Part shown: piece after piece, positions 38,574 through 51,484 of the stretch
How positions within the stretch are numbered: position 1 is the stretch's first letter
Layout of the letters: each line of letters begins with the position of its first letter
Source of the DNA: Eledone cirrhosa
Taxonomy: Eukaryota
Assembly: GCA_964016885.1 (NCBI GenBank)
Contig: OZ024741.1
Location: forward strand, 366,916,001 to 366,980,000
Direction of reading: 5' to 3'
DNA: 64,000 bases
Position numbers and translations under genes: made by a program
The notes under the pieces: model-generated
Database searches by the model: none
Told to the model about the DNA's origin: nothing
What the model saw: the letters and a program-made list of their open reading frames with translations, nothing else

Positions 38574-41406
38574 CTAGCAGAAGTACCCGGCGTTGCCCAG
38601 GTGTAAGTCGACCTTTGCTCTGTTGTTAAAATGTGTGAAAATTACTTCCCGCGCATCACAGGTGCAAAAACCTTCGAACCTCAAGGAAAAATAGAGCATA
38701 AATAATGGATCAATTGTAGGTTCACAGTGTATCGTTGAAATTGTTCTTTGCACGACTGACGGAAGTCAAATTCACTTGACATTGAATTTTCAGTTGATTT
38801 TTAAAGCAGAAGAAGAAATAAAAGAGACTTTATCTCAACCGCGGCATAATGGCGAGTCTTTTGCGACAGTTTTCAAGAAAATCGGACGTTCCTGTAAAAA
38901 GTTTTCCCATGTGCAACTTTGCCTTGTTTTTTGCACAAAGTCGAACTCCCGCTTCAGTTTTATTGATTTTTTACATGAATGCGTGACCTTTGAAGTAGAT
39001 TTGAGTAGCTAAAAACCTGTCCCGGTAAATTTGCTATAGGTGAAAAAAAGTTGATCAAAATTGTGTCTAGGGTTATTGCCCTTTGCAACAGCCTCAACGT
39101 GTCTTCAAGTATGGTTTGTTAATTTGTTGTGGAACTAAATCGACTTTCGTCAAATCAGACCGAGGAAACAATGTTTCCATTTGTCTTTCTAGCTGGTGTA
39201 CCCGGTTACACTGGGGGTTATAAGGCGCTGGATTTAAACAGGTCTGCGCTAAATTCCAGCAGGATGCTTTAACCAAAATAAATGAAGAACAAACGTTTCT
39301 TTTTGTGCTCCAATCTGTGATATTGGTATTTTGAAAAAATAGTCCACAAACATCCATGGAGCATAGGTAACGCATGTATCAGGTTATGAGAAAAAGGGTT
39401 TTCGATTCTCCATTCATAAGATACCAAAAAATTGCGTGCAAATAAACCGTGATTTTAAGGCACTGCCCAATTCATAGCTGAAAGGTAAGAATCAAGTGGA
39501 ATAATGTTTTGCGACATTGTCAAATGTACAACCGTACAAAAGCAAAGGATATAGCCATTGAAATCTAGGTAGACCAAAGAATTTGGTGGGGTTGTATATC
39601 AGAGGATTGTTTTCCTTGTGATTCGCGTCTAGCCTACAAAGTGAAGTTAGATGATTGTAGTAGGAGTTGTATCAATAAAAAATAAAAGCATACGGAAGAC
39701 TGAACACTTACAAATTAGTGAAAATCATGTTGATATTCCTATCGGAGCAACATGTGCCGAAAAACCTGACGGACTGCTGTGTCAATATTGAAATCATAGA
39801 AATTGCGAATCCCGATGTAATGGAGGTGAAGAGGAAGAATTGGTACAATTGTTTTGCTGAACATGTTGACCATTAATTTAAATAGACTTATGCAGCATCA
39901 TCGTGCGGTTTTGTTGTTTATGGCCTAGAATGAGAGCCGGTTAAACGCGGCAGAAAAATAAGCCATGCTGATGATGTTTAGAGGCGTCGCAGGGAATAGA
40001 TGCGGCGTTGTGAGTCAATTGTGAGGACAGTAGAAGGCACGCTGATCGCTTGAGAAGACGCAATGCTACATGGGATGCTTCTCGGCCATAATTGACAGAA
40101 AAGCATGTCAGGAGAAATGAAAGAGTTGCTATTCATCCTTTGCTTAGCATAATGAACATGTAATTAAAAAGATTTACCATGGAGTATCGTGCACGTTGGT
40201 ATTGTGTTTAGCCTGCGAAAATTGGTGGTCAAATGGGCCAACAATAAACCATGCAGATGACGTTTAAGCGGGTGTCAAGGAATTGATGCAGCATAGATAG
40301 CCATGAGAGTCTTGAAGGAGCACGGCGGTCAGGCAAAAGAAAGGGCCGAGGAGGGGATGGTGGCCGACAGGGCAGTAATGCGGCATGGTGAGGCATGATG
40401 ATGCAGTGGGACGATGGCGTGCAGGGAAGGGAGAGGGCAAGGGTTGACGGTGGCAGGGATGCGGCTTGGTCAGGCATGGAAGTCTTGAGCTCTCCCAGAG
40501 TGTAGACAATGGAAATGGGCAGGGGTGGACGGTGGCAGGGATTCGGCATGTTGAGCCGTGGCAGTCCTTAGGGTCCACGGAGGGCAGGCAATGGAAAGGG
40601 CCGGGGAATGAATTGCGGCTGACAAGGCAGAGATGCGCATGGTAATGCACATCGATGCAGTTGGTCGACGGCGTGCAGGGAAGGGAGAGGGCAGGGGTTG
40701 ACGGATGCCTCATTATGCTACAGTGGGACCACAGGAATGAAGAGAGCGCATGGAGGCTCGATGATCGCTTGAGAAGACTGGGCACAATACAGGATGATGC
40801 ACGGCGGTATAGTCCTTATATAAGAAATGGAAGAATCGGCATAAAAGGTTTGCTGAATATGGTGAGCGTTAATTTAAAGAGACTTACGGTGGATAATCCT
40901 GATAGATTGAACGTGTTTTGCATGGCGGGAGTCGCAACAAATGGAAGCAAGAAGAATGGCGTTTTTCGGTTGCCGGATTTTTGCCTCTGGGGGTCCGATT
41001 ATCGTACCCCACGTTTCAAGTACCCCATGTTGATCCCCGCATCAAAATATATACCTACGTCAAATTTCATTGGAAGCGGACAAATTTCGTAAATATCGAT
41101 TTTTGCCTCTGATGATCCAATTATCGATTTTTCGAAAATTTAATGTAGCCGACGTTCATTCCAGGATCAAAATACACACTTTCGTCGAGTTTCATCGAAA
41201 TCGGACGATTTTTGAAAATATCGATTTTTAGCTTCTGGGGGCCCGATTATCGATTTTTCGAAAATTTCAAGTAGCCTATTCCAATCTACGGGTCGAGTTT
41301 TATATATGTGTCAAGTTTCATGAAAATCGGATGAACGGTGTAGGCTGCAAGTTCGGGACAGCAAACAAACAAACAAACAACGCCCAACTTCACTTTATCT
41401 ATAAGA
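38574..41406 (-). mobile_element. non-autonomous Helitron (2833 bp)
   Basis: Minus strand begins TCTTATAGATAAAG after an A and has (GTTT)n near the 5' end. It ends with hairpin ACCTGG-gcaacg-CCGGGT followed by ACTTCTG CTAG before a T (AT target, no TSD). CpG-rich relative to its flanks. Confidence 0.85.
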
Positions 41407-42013
41407 TATATATAACGAGAGAGAGGAGGGTGTAGGGTGTAGGAATGTAATCCATAGTATTCCTTACATAAACCATGGCATATGCACAAATCAAATAACT
41501 TTAGACACATTAAAACAGATAAGCCAAATCCATATATTTATTTTGTTTCTCCATTGATTTGTGAATATGGTATGCTTTCTGTAATGAATTATGTATCCAT
41601 CTCTCTATATGTGTGTATGCATACAGTAAGGAGAATGGACGTTATATGATGATGGTGATGATGATGATATTGACGATGATTTATATATATATATATATAC
41701 ACACACATATATCAGCATGGAAAATGGATGAAAGACAGTGAGATGATGATGGTGATATATATCATCATCATCATAATATATATATAATCAATTTTTATCC
41801 ACTTTGGACGGTCAATCAACAGACTGAGTCACTTCTTTTATAGAGTCCTTATAGATGCGTTGGGCACTATGTGTCCCTGTTATGTTCTATTTTTAGCTAT
41901 GTTTTCCACGGATAAATAGCCTTCAATATATGTATGTATACATATATGTGCATACATATATGTATGTATACATATATGTATATATGTATATGTAATAAGC
42001 AACATAAGATAAT

Positions 42014-42080
42014 TATTTCATTTACCAGTGGTTTCTTGAAGACAGATGTTGTATCTGTCTTCAGTCGTCAGAAAGAATTA
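42014..42080 (-). ncRNA. type I hammerhead ribozyme candidate
   Basis: Minus strand reads TAATTCTTT CTGACGA C TGAAGACAGAT-acaac-ATCTGTCTTCA A GAAA CCA-c-TGG TA^AATGAAATA. 11-bp stem II, near-palindromic stem III, GUA triplet. Confidence 0.7.
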
Positions 42081-42458
42081 AAAAAACATGGTGTTTTTAT
42101 TAAATATGGATTTGAAAATAAAATTTAGGAAATATGAAAGTGAGGCTGAAAAAAACCGACGAAAAGGAAATAGGGCGAAAAAATAATAAAAATGTATATA
42201 TATAAACAATAAAAATATAAATCCAGAACGTAAACATACACACAATCAACTACGCGCATATACTAAAAAGTATGTAGACGGAAACTCACACAAACGTATT
42301 AGCGTCTACAAAGAAATATGGACAGGAACATAAATACATACACATACATATACACAGATATATACAAAAATACATACACATACATATACACAGATATATA
42401 CAAAAATACATACACATACATATACACAGAAATATACACTCAAATTTGAGTGTATATT

Positions 42459-43563
42459 TCTAAGGTCCTTGTAAGTAGACGAGAAAACAGAACCCATATC
42501 CCCTCAGGGAAATGGCCTTGCTCAGTATGTAGGAAAAGTGTAGGTAGGAACTCCATTCTCTGCCCCAAATGCAAACAATGGATACACAAGAGATGTAGTG
42601 GGATCTCAGGAAGCTTAACTAAGAATGTAGGCTTCACATGTAGCAGCCGTGCTGGGACAGCAAGCAGCAAACAGTCACAGGAAACAAGTACCACCAAACT
42701 CTGGGAGGGCTCTGTAGAAACAGTAGACAGCTTCTGCTACCTAGCTGACCGAATTAGCAGCAGAGGTGGGTGTTCGGAAAGTACAATAACTAGGGTAAGA
42801 ACGGGATGGAAGAAGAGCTACTGCCACTGCTAGCTGCAAAAGGCTTTTCCATCAAAATGAAATGCAGACTGTATGATGCGTGTATACAAAGAGCAATGTC
42901 ACATGGTAGTGAGACCTGGGCGCTGACTGTGGAAGACTTGCGTAGATTAGAAAGAAACGAAGCCTGCATGCTCCGATGGATGTGTAATAGTAATATAAAC
43001 GAATTGAGAAAGAGACTGAGCATAAGAGAAATCAAATGCTGTGTGCAGGAGAGGCAGTTGCGTTGGTATGGACATGTGATGTGTATGAAGGATGACAGCT
43101 GCATAAAAAGGCGCAGAGCACTAGCAGTCGATGGAAACCGCGGAGTGGGGAGACCCAAGAAGACTTGGGATGAGGTGATAAAAGCTGACCTTACCCAATT
43201 ACACCTCTCAAAAGTGATGATACACGACCGTAACCTCTGGCCTCACGCACATAATACAGAAGACCCGACCCCCCACGGGTACAAGCCCCCACACCCTCCC
43301 ACTGCAAAGTGGTCGTGGAGGTGCCACAGCAAAAAAGCACCCAGCCCACACTGTAAAGTGGACGTGTAGGTGCCACGGAAAAAAGCACCCACTGTAAATG
43401 AGGTTGGTGTTAGGAAGGGCATCCAGCTGTAGAAATCAAGCCAGAATCAGTTCCCGTATGAGCAAGGCATGGTCAGTCGACCAGACACTGCCTACAACAG
43501 GACAACCTGTCTAACCCATGCTAGCGTAGAACAGATGAAAAATGGTGATGATGATGATGATGA
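42459..43563 (+). mobile_element. RTE-clade LINE (PHD-like finger family), 5'-truncated
   Basis: GKWPCSVCRKSVGRNSILCPKCKQWIHKRC, HGSETWAL, QLRWYGHVM and GRPKKTWDE. 3' UTR and (GAT)n tail present. Confidence 0.9.
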
Positions 43564-43571
43564 TATATATA

Positions 43572-43795
43572 ATTTATGTTCATACACAGAACAAAAGTAC
43601 TACACAAGGTTTCAAGGCCCAGATTTGACCAAACCTCCAGAATATAAGAGGCATCAAATTAGTGACCTTTCTTCAGGCACTTATAAGTGCCTGAAGAAAA
43701 GTCACTAATTTGATGCCTTTGGTATTCTGAAAGTTTGGTCAAATTTAGACCTTGAAACCATGGATGGTGCTTTTTTTTCAGGTATGAACATAAAT
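43572..43795. repeat. 224-bp imperfect palindrome of two head-to-head hammerheads
   Basis: Centre CTTCAGGCACTTATAAGTGCCTGAAG. Ends ATTTATGTTCATAC / GTATGAACATAAAT. Confidence 0.9.
43595..43682 (-). ncRNA. type I hammerhead ribozyme (intact mirror copy)
   Basis: AAGTGC CTGAAGA AAGGTC..ATTTGAT..GTCAAAT..GGCCTT GAAA C-cttgt-G TA^GTACTT. Stems I and II have 6 bp each. Confidence 0.78.
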
Positions 43796-43911
43796 AAATA
43801 ATATAATATTTCTGCTCTCTTGATTGGGCACTGTTTTCCTTTTTCCTTTTTCACCTATGGATATTTTTCCTTTTCACACCTATGGATATTGTTACATATA
43901 CATATATATAT

Positions 43912-44091
43912 AACAAAGAGGGTGTGGTAAGATACCAGGTGGACCATAATGCACCAGAGTATTCAATACTTAGGGTAGTAGTGTGGGTAATATGAAAAGA
44001 GTCAAGACCCCGACGGCTGAGCTCTGGCTGTTTCGACAGCTAGATCTAGCTGTTGAAATGGCCGGTGCTCAGCCGTCAGGGTCCTGACTCT

Positions 44092-44099
<8 letters not shown>
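43912..44099 (-). mobile_element. fold-back half-hammerhead element in (TA)n
   Basis: Palindrome 43990-44099 plus a tail homologous to 19935-20012. Confidence 0.75.
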
Positions 44100-44137
<38 letters not shown>

Positions 44138-44563
44138 GTATATATGTCATTATCACAACTTAGTCCATTAGTTTGATACTCCATACATAGACACACACAC
44201 ACACGTCCATGCGTGCATATACAAAAAGTAAGAAATATTTTTTCACCTGAGAAACAATTTTTCCCAATGTTAAATTTCAGAATTTTGCCTAGTTAAAATT
44301 AGAACCCAGTTTATAATCCATATTGATTTTCTATTACTCTTATTTGTAGAATACTTCTGCTCAGACATTATCGTTATTGTTGTTGTTTAGCCCTTTTGTG
44401 TCACCCCCTTGTCCTTCCAAGTCCTACACTAATCCTTATGCAAAGCCCTTCCTCCACACAATGTTGGCTCTCTGCAGTTCCCTCCCTGCTCGTGTCTTTT
44501 CTGCAGGCATCAGCTTGCAACAGTTTAAGTGGAACATAATAGCATCAAACTCATTGGTCTCAC

Positions 44564-44741
44564 TGGCAGTGGTGGTGGTTGTAGTGTTGCTGTGGTTATT
44601 GTTGTTGTTGTTGGTGGTGGTGGTGGTGGTGGTGGCAGTGGTCTTGGTGGTGGTTGTAGTGTTGCTGTGGTTATTGTTGTTGTTGTTGGTGGTGGTGGTG
44701 GTGGTGGCAGTGGTCTTGGTGGTGGTTGTAGTGTTGCTGTG

Positions 44742-44777
<36 letters not shown>

Positions 44778-44816
44778 GGTGGCAGTGGTCTTGGTGGTGG
44801 TTGTAGTGTTGCTGTG

Positions 44817-44852
<36 letters not shown>

Positions 44853-45030
44853 GGTGGTGGCAGTGGTCTTGGTGGTGGTTGTAGTGTTGCTGTGGTTATT
44901 GCTGTTGTTGTTGTCGTTGGTGGTGGTGGCAGTGGTGGTGGTTGTAGTGTTGCTGTGGTTATTGTTGTTGGTGGTGGTGGTGGTGGTGGCAGTGGTCTTG
45001 GTGGTGGTTGTAGTGTTGCTGTGGTTATTG

Positions 45031-45062
<32 letters not shown>

Positions 45063-45230
45063 GGTGGCAGTGGTCTTGGTGGTGGTTGTAGTGTTGCTGT
45101 GGTTATTGTTGTTGTTGTTGTCGTTGGTGGTGGTGGCAGTGGTGGTGGTTGTAGTGTTGCTGTGGTTATTGTTGTTGTTGGTGGTGGTGGTGGTGGCAGT
45201 GGTCTTGGTGGTGGTTGTAGTGTTGCTGTG

Positions 45231-45266
<36 letters not shown>

Positions 45267-45452
45267 GGTGGTGGCAGTGGTCTTGGTGGTGGTTGTAGTG
45301 TTGCTGTGGTTATTGCTGTTGTTGTTGTCGTTGGTGGTGGTGGCAGTGGTGGTGGTTGTAGTGTTGCTGTGGTTATTGTTGTTGGTGGTGGTGGTGGTGG
45401 TGGCAGTGGTCTTGGTGGTGGTTGTAGTGGTGGTGGTTGTAGTGTTGCTGTG

Positions 45453-45488
<36 letters not shown>

Positions 45489-45530
45489 GGTGGTGGCAGT
45501 GGTCTTGGTGGTGGTTGTAGTGTTGCTGTG

Positions 45531-45566
<36 letters not shown>

Positions 45567-45974
45567 GGTGGTGGCAGTGGTCTTGGTGGTGGTTGTAGTG
45601 TTGCTGTGGTTATTGCTGTTGTTGTTGTCGTTGGAGGTGGTGGCAGTGGTGGTGGTTGTAGTGTTGCTGTGGTTATTGTTGTTGGTGGTGGTGGTGGTGG
45701 TGGCAGTGGTCTTGGTGGTGGTTGTAGTGGTGGTGGTTGTAGTGTTGCTGTGGTTATTGTTGTTGTTGTTGTTGGTAGTGGTGGTGGTGGTGGTGGCAGT
45801 GGTCTTGGTGGTGGTTGTAGTGTTGCTGTGGTTATTGTTGTTGTTGTTGTCGTTGGTGGTGGTGGCAGTGGTGGTGGTTGTAGTGTTGCTGTGGTTATTG
45901 TTGTTGGTGGTGGTGGTGGTGGTGGCAGTGGTCTTGGTGGTGGTTGTAGTGGTGGTGGTTGTAGTGTTGCTGTG

Positions 45975-46010
<36 letters not shown>

Positions 46011-46052
46011 GGTGGTGGCAGTGGTCTTGGTGGTGGTTGTAGTGTTGCTGTG

Positions 46053-46088
<36 letters not shown>

Positions 46089-46127
46089 GGTGGCAGTGGT
46101 CTTGGTGGTGGTTGTAGTGTTGCTGTG

Positions 46128-46163
<36 letters not shown>

Positions 46164-46281
46164 GGTGGTGGCACAGTGGTCTTGGTGGTGGTTGTTGTGT
46201 TGCTGTGATTATTGTTGTTGTTGTTGGTGGTGGTGGTGGTGGTGGCACAGTGGTCTTGGTGGTGGTTGTAGTGTTGCTGTG

Positions 46282-46317
<36 letters not shown>

Positions 46318-46745
46318 GGTGGCAGTGGTCTTGGTGGTGGTTGTAGTGTTGCTGTGGTTATTGCTGTTGTTGTTGTCGTTGGTGGTGGTGGTGGTGGTGG
46401 CAGTGGTCTTGGTGGTGGTTGTAGTGTTGCTGTGGTTATTGTTGTTGGTGGTGGTGGTGGTGGTGGCAGTGGTGGCAGTGGTGGTTGTAGTGTTGCTGTG
46501 ATTATTGTTGTTGTTGTTGGTGGTGGTAGTGGTGGTGGTGGTGGTGGTGGTGGTGGCACAGTGGTCTTGGTGGTGGTTGTTGTGTTGCTGTGATTATTGT
46601 TGTTGTCGTTGGTGGTGGTGGTGGTGGTGGCAGTGGTGGTGGTAGTGGTGCTGGTGGTGGTGGTGGTGGTGGTGGCACTAGCCTTGGTGGTGGTTGTAGT
46701 GTTGCTGTGATTATTGTTGTTGTTGGTGGTGGTGGTGGTGGTGGT
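44564..46745. repeat. satellite unit A: GGCAGTGGTCTTGGTGGTGGTTGTAGTGTTGCTGTGGTTATT(GTT)n(GGT)n
   Basis: Roughly 30 units with a fixed core and variable triplet runs. Confidence 0.95.
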
Positions 46746-47492
46746 GGCAGTGATGGTGGCTACAGTGGGGCCATAGGTGTTGTTGTTGGTGGTGGTGGTG
46801 GTGGTGGTGGTGGCAGTGATGGTGGCTACAGTGGGGCCATAGGTGTTGTTGTTGTTGGTGGTGGTGGTGGTGGTGGTGGTGGTGGTGGTGGTGGTGGTGG
46901 CAGTGATGGTGGCTACAGTGGGGCCATAGGTGTTGTTGTTGTTGGTGGTGGTGGTGGTGTTGTTGTTGTTGGTGGTGGTGGTGGTGGTGGCAGTGATGGT
47001 GGCTACAGTGGGGCCATAGGTGTTGTTGTTGTTGGTGGTGGTGGCAGTGATGGTGGCTACAGTGGGGCCATAGGTGTTGTTGTTGTTGGTGGTGGTGGTG
47101 GTGGTGGTGGTGGTGGTGGTGGTGGTGGTGGTGGCAGTGATGGTGGCTACAGTGGGGCCATAGGTGTTGTTGTTGTTGGTGGTGGTGGTGGTGGAGCTGG
47201 TATGGTGGCTACAGTGGGGCCATAGGTGTTGTTGTTGGTGGTGGTGGTGGTGGTGGTGGTGGCAGTGATGGTGGCTACAGTGGGGCCATAGGTGTTGTTG
47301 TTGGTGGTGGTGGTGGTGGTGGTGGTGGTGGCAGTGATGGTGGCTACAGTGGGGCCATAGGTGTTGTTGGTGGTGGTGGTGGTGGTGGTGGTGGCAGTGA
47401 TGGTGGCTACAGTGGGGCCATAGGTGTTGTTGTTGGTGGTGGTGGTGGTGGTGGTGGTGGCAGTGATGGTGGCTACAGTGGGGCCATAGGTG

Positions 47493-47524
<32 letters not shown>

Positions 47525-47562
47525 GGTGGTGGCAGTGATGGTGGCTACAGTGGGGCCATAGG

Positions 47563-47593
<31 letters not shown>

Positions 47594-47844
47594 GGTGGTG
47601 GTGGTGGCAGTGATGGTGGCTACAGTGGGGCCATAGGTGTTGTTGGTGGTGGTGGTGGTGGTGGTGGTGGTGGTGGCAGTGATGGTGGCTACAGTGGGGC
47701 CATAGGTGTTGTTGGTGGTGGTGGTGGTGGTGGTGGTGGTGGTGGCAGTGATGGTGGCTACAGTGGGGCCATAGGTGTTGTTGTTGTTGGTGGTGGTGGT
47801 GGTGGTGGTGGTGGCAGTGATGGTGGCTACAGTGGGGCCATAGG

Positions 47845-47875
<31 letters not shown>

Positions 47876-48257
47876 GGTGGTGGTGGTGGCAGTGATGGTG
47901 GCTACAGTGGGGCCATAGGTGTTGTTGGTGGTGGTGGTGGTGGTGGTGGTGGTGGTGGCAGTGATGGTGGCTACAGTGGGGCCATAGGTGTTGTTGTTGG
48001 TGGTGGTGGTGGTGGTGGTGGTGGTGGCAGTGATGGTGGCTACAGTGGGGCCATAGGTGTTGTTGGTGGTGGTGGTGGTGGTGGTGGTGGTGGTGGCAGT
48101 GATGGTGGCTACAGTGGGGCCATAGGTGTTGTTGGTGGTGGTGGTGGTGGTGGTGGTGGCAGTGATGGTGGCTACAGTGGGGCCATAGGTGTTGTTGTTG
48201 GTGGTGGTGGTGGTGGTGGTGGTGGCAGTGATGGTGGCTACAGTGGGGCCATAGGTG

Positions 48258-48289
<32 letters not shown>

Positions 48290-48327
48290 GGTGGTGGCAG
48301 TGATGGTGGCTACAGTGGGGCCATAGG

Positions 48328-48358
<31 letters not shown>

Positions 48359-48539
48359 GGTGGTGGTGGTGGCAGTGATGGTGGCTACAGTGGGGCCATA
48401 GGTGTTGTTGTTGTTGGTGGTGGTGGTGGTGGTGGTGGTGGCAGTGATGGTGGCTACAGTGGGGCCATAGGTGTTGTTGTTGTTGGTGGTGGTGGTGGTG
48501 GTGGTGGCAGTGATGGTGGCTACAGTGGGGCCATAGGTG

Positions 48540-48571
<32 letters not shown>

Positions 48572-48684
48572 GGTGGTGGTGGCAGTGATGGTGGCTACAG
48601 TGGGGCCATAGGTGTTGTTGGTGGTGGTGGTGGTGGTGGTGGTGGTGGTGGTGGCAGTGATGGTGGCTACAGTGGGGCCATAGG

Positions 48685-48715
<31 letters not shown>

Positions 48716-48756
48716 GGTGGTGGTGGCAGTGATGGTGGCTACAGTGGGGCCATAGG

Positions 48757-48787
<31 letters not shown>

Positions 48788-48828
48788 GGTGGTGGTGGCA
48801 GTGATGGTGGCTACAGTGGGGCCATAGG

Positions 48829-48859
<31 letters not shown>

Positions 48860-49354
48860 GGTGGTGGTGGTGGAGCTGGTGGTGGTGGTGGCAGTGATGG
48901 TGGCTACAGTGGGGCCATAGGTGTTGTTGTTGGTGGTGGTGGTGGTGGTGGTGGTGGTGGCAGTGATGGTGGCTACAGTGGGGCCATAGGTGTTGTTGTT
49001 GGTGGTGGTGGTGGTGGTGGTGGTGGTGGAGCTGGTATGGTGGCTACAGTGGGGCCATAGGTGTTGTTGTTGTTGGTGGTGGTGGTGGTGGTGGTGGTGG
49101 TGGTGGTGGCAGTGATGGTGGCTACAGTGGGGCCATAGGTGTTGTTGTTGGTGGTGGTGGTGGTGGTGGTGGTGGTGGCAGTGATGGTGGCTACAGTGGG
49201 GCCATAGGTGTTGTTGTTGGTGGTGGTGGTGGTGGTGGTGGTGGTGGAGCTGGTATGGTGGCTACAGTGGGGCCATAGGTGTTGTTGTTGTTGGTGGTGG
49301 TGGTGGTGGTGGTGGTGGTGGTGGCAGTGATGGTGGCTACAGTGGGGCCATAGG

Positions 49355-49385
<31 letters not shown>

Positions 49386-49489
49386 GGTGGCAGTGATGGT
49401 GGCTACAGTGGGGCCATAGGTGTTGTTGTTGTTGGTGGTGGTGGTGGTGGTGGTGGTGGCAGTGATGGTGGCTACAGTGGGGCCATAGG

Positions 49490-49520
<31 letters not shown>

Positions 49521-49560
49521 GGTGGTGACAGTGATGGTGGCTACAGTGGGGCCATAAGTG

Positions 49561-49592
<32 letters not shown>

Positions 49593-50439
49593 GGTGGCAG
49601 TGATGGTGGCTACAGTGGGGCCATAGGTGTTGTTGGTGGTGGTGGTGGTGGTGGTGGTGGTGGTAGTGGCAGTGATGGTGGCTACAGTGGGGCCATAGGT
49701 GTTGTTGTTGGTGGTGGTGGTGGTGGTGGTGGTGGTGGTGGAGCTGGTGGTGGTGGCTACAGTGGGGCCATAGGTGTTGTTGTTGTTGGTGGTGGTGGTG
49801 GTGGTGGTGGTGGTGGTGGAGCTGGTGGTGGTGGTGGCAGTGATGGTGGCTACAGTGGGGCCATAGGTGTTGTTGTTGTTGGTGGTGGTGGTGGTGGTGG
49901 TGGTGGCAGTGATGGTGGCTACAGTGGGGCCATAGGTGTTGTTGTTGTTGGTGGTGGTGGTGGTGGTGGTGGTGGTGGTGGTGGAGCTGGTGGTGGTGGT
50001 GGCAGTGATGGTGGCTACAGTGGGGCCATAGGTGTTGTTGTTGTTGGTGGTGGTGGTGGTGGTGGTGGTGGCAGTGATGGTGGCTACAGTGGGGCCATAG
50101 GTGTTGTTGTTGGTGGTGGTGGTGGTGGTGGTGGTGGTGGAGCTGGTATGGTGGCTACAGTGGGGCCATAGGTGTTGTTGTTGGTGGTGGTGGTGGTGGT
50201 GGTGGTGGCAGTGATGGTGGCTACAGTGGGGCCATAGGTGTTGTTGGTGGTGGTGGTGGTGGTGGTGGTGGCAGTGATGGTGGCTACAGTGGGGACATAG
50301 GTGTTGTTGTTGGTGGTGGTGGTGGTGGTGGTGGTGGTGGCAGTGATGGTGGCTACAGTGGGGCCATAGGTGTTGTTGTTGGTGGTGGTGGTGGTGGTGG
50401 TGGTGGTGGCAGTGATGGTGGCTACAGTGGGGCCATAGG

Positions 50440-50470
<31 letters not shown>

Positions 50471-50643
50471 GGTGGTGGCAGTGATGGTGGCTACAGTGGG
50501 GCCATAGGTGTTGTTGTTGGTGGTGGTGGTGGTGGTGGTGGTGGTGGCAGTGATGGTGGCTACAGTGGGGCCATAGGTGTTGTTGTTGGTGGTGGTGGTG
50601 GTGGTGGTGGTGGCAGTGATGGTGGCTACAGTGGGGCCATAGG

Positions 50644-50674
<31 letters not shown>

Positions 50675-50847
50675 GGTGGTGGTGGCAGTGATGGTGGCTA
50701 CAGTGGGGCCATAGGTGTTGTTGTTGGTGGTGGTGGTGGTGGTGGTGGTGGCAGTGATGGTGGCTACAGTGGGGCCATAGGTGTTGTTGTTGTTGGTGGT
50801 GGTGGTGGTGGTGGTGGCAGTGATGGTGGCTACAGTGGGGCCATAGG

Positions 50848-50878
<31 letters not shown>

Positions 50879-51452
50879 GGTGGTGGCAGTGATGGTGGCT
50901 ACAGTGGGGCCATAGGTGTTGTTGTTGGTGGTGGTGGTGGTGGTGGTGGTGGTGGTGGCAGTGATGGTGGCTACAGTGGGGCCATAGGTGTTGTTGTTGT
51001 TGGTGGTGGTGGTGGTGGTGGTGGTGGCAGTGATGGTGGCTACAGTGGGGCCATAGGTGTTGTTGTTGGTGGTGGTGGTGGTGGTGGTGGTGGCAGTGAT
51101 GGTGGCTACAGTGGGGCCATAGGTGTTGTTGTTGGTGGTGGTGGTGGTGGTGGCAGTGATGGTGGCTACAGTGGGGCCATAGGTGTTGTTGTTGTTGGTG
51201 GTGGTGGTGGTGGTGGTGGCAGTGATGGTGGCTACAGTGGGGCCATAGGTGTTGTTGGTGGTGGTGGTGGTGGTGGTGGTGGCAGTGATGGTGGCTACAG
51301 TGGGGCCATAGGTGTTGTTGTTGTTGGTGGTGGTGGTGGTGGTGGTGGCAGTGATGGTGGCTACAGTGGGGCCATAGGTGTTGTTGGTGGTGGTGGTGGT
51401 GGTGGTGGTGGTGGTGGTGGCAGTGATGGTGGCTACAGTGGGGCCATAGGTG

Positions 51453-51484
<32 letters not shown>

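Noticed and set aside
40229-41092. GC-rich ORFs of 106-173 aa
   Set aside because: They lie inside the Helitron, overlap on both strands, and show no recognisable domain.
44377-46593. Long 549-738 aa ORFs (V/L-rich, P/T-rich, G-rich)
   Set aside because: Open in several frames on both strands because of triplet repeats. No supporting gene structure is visible.
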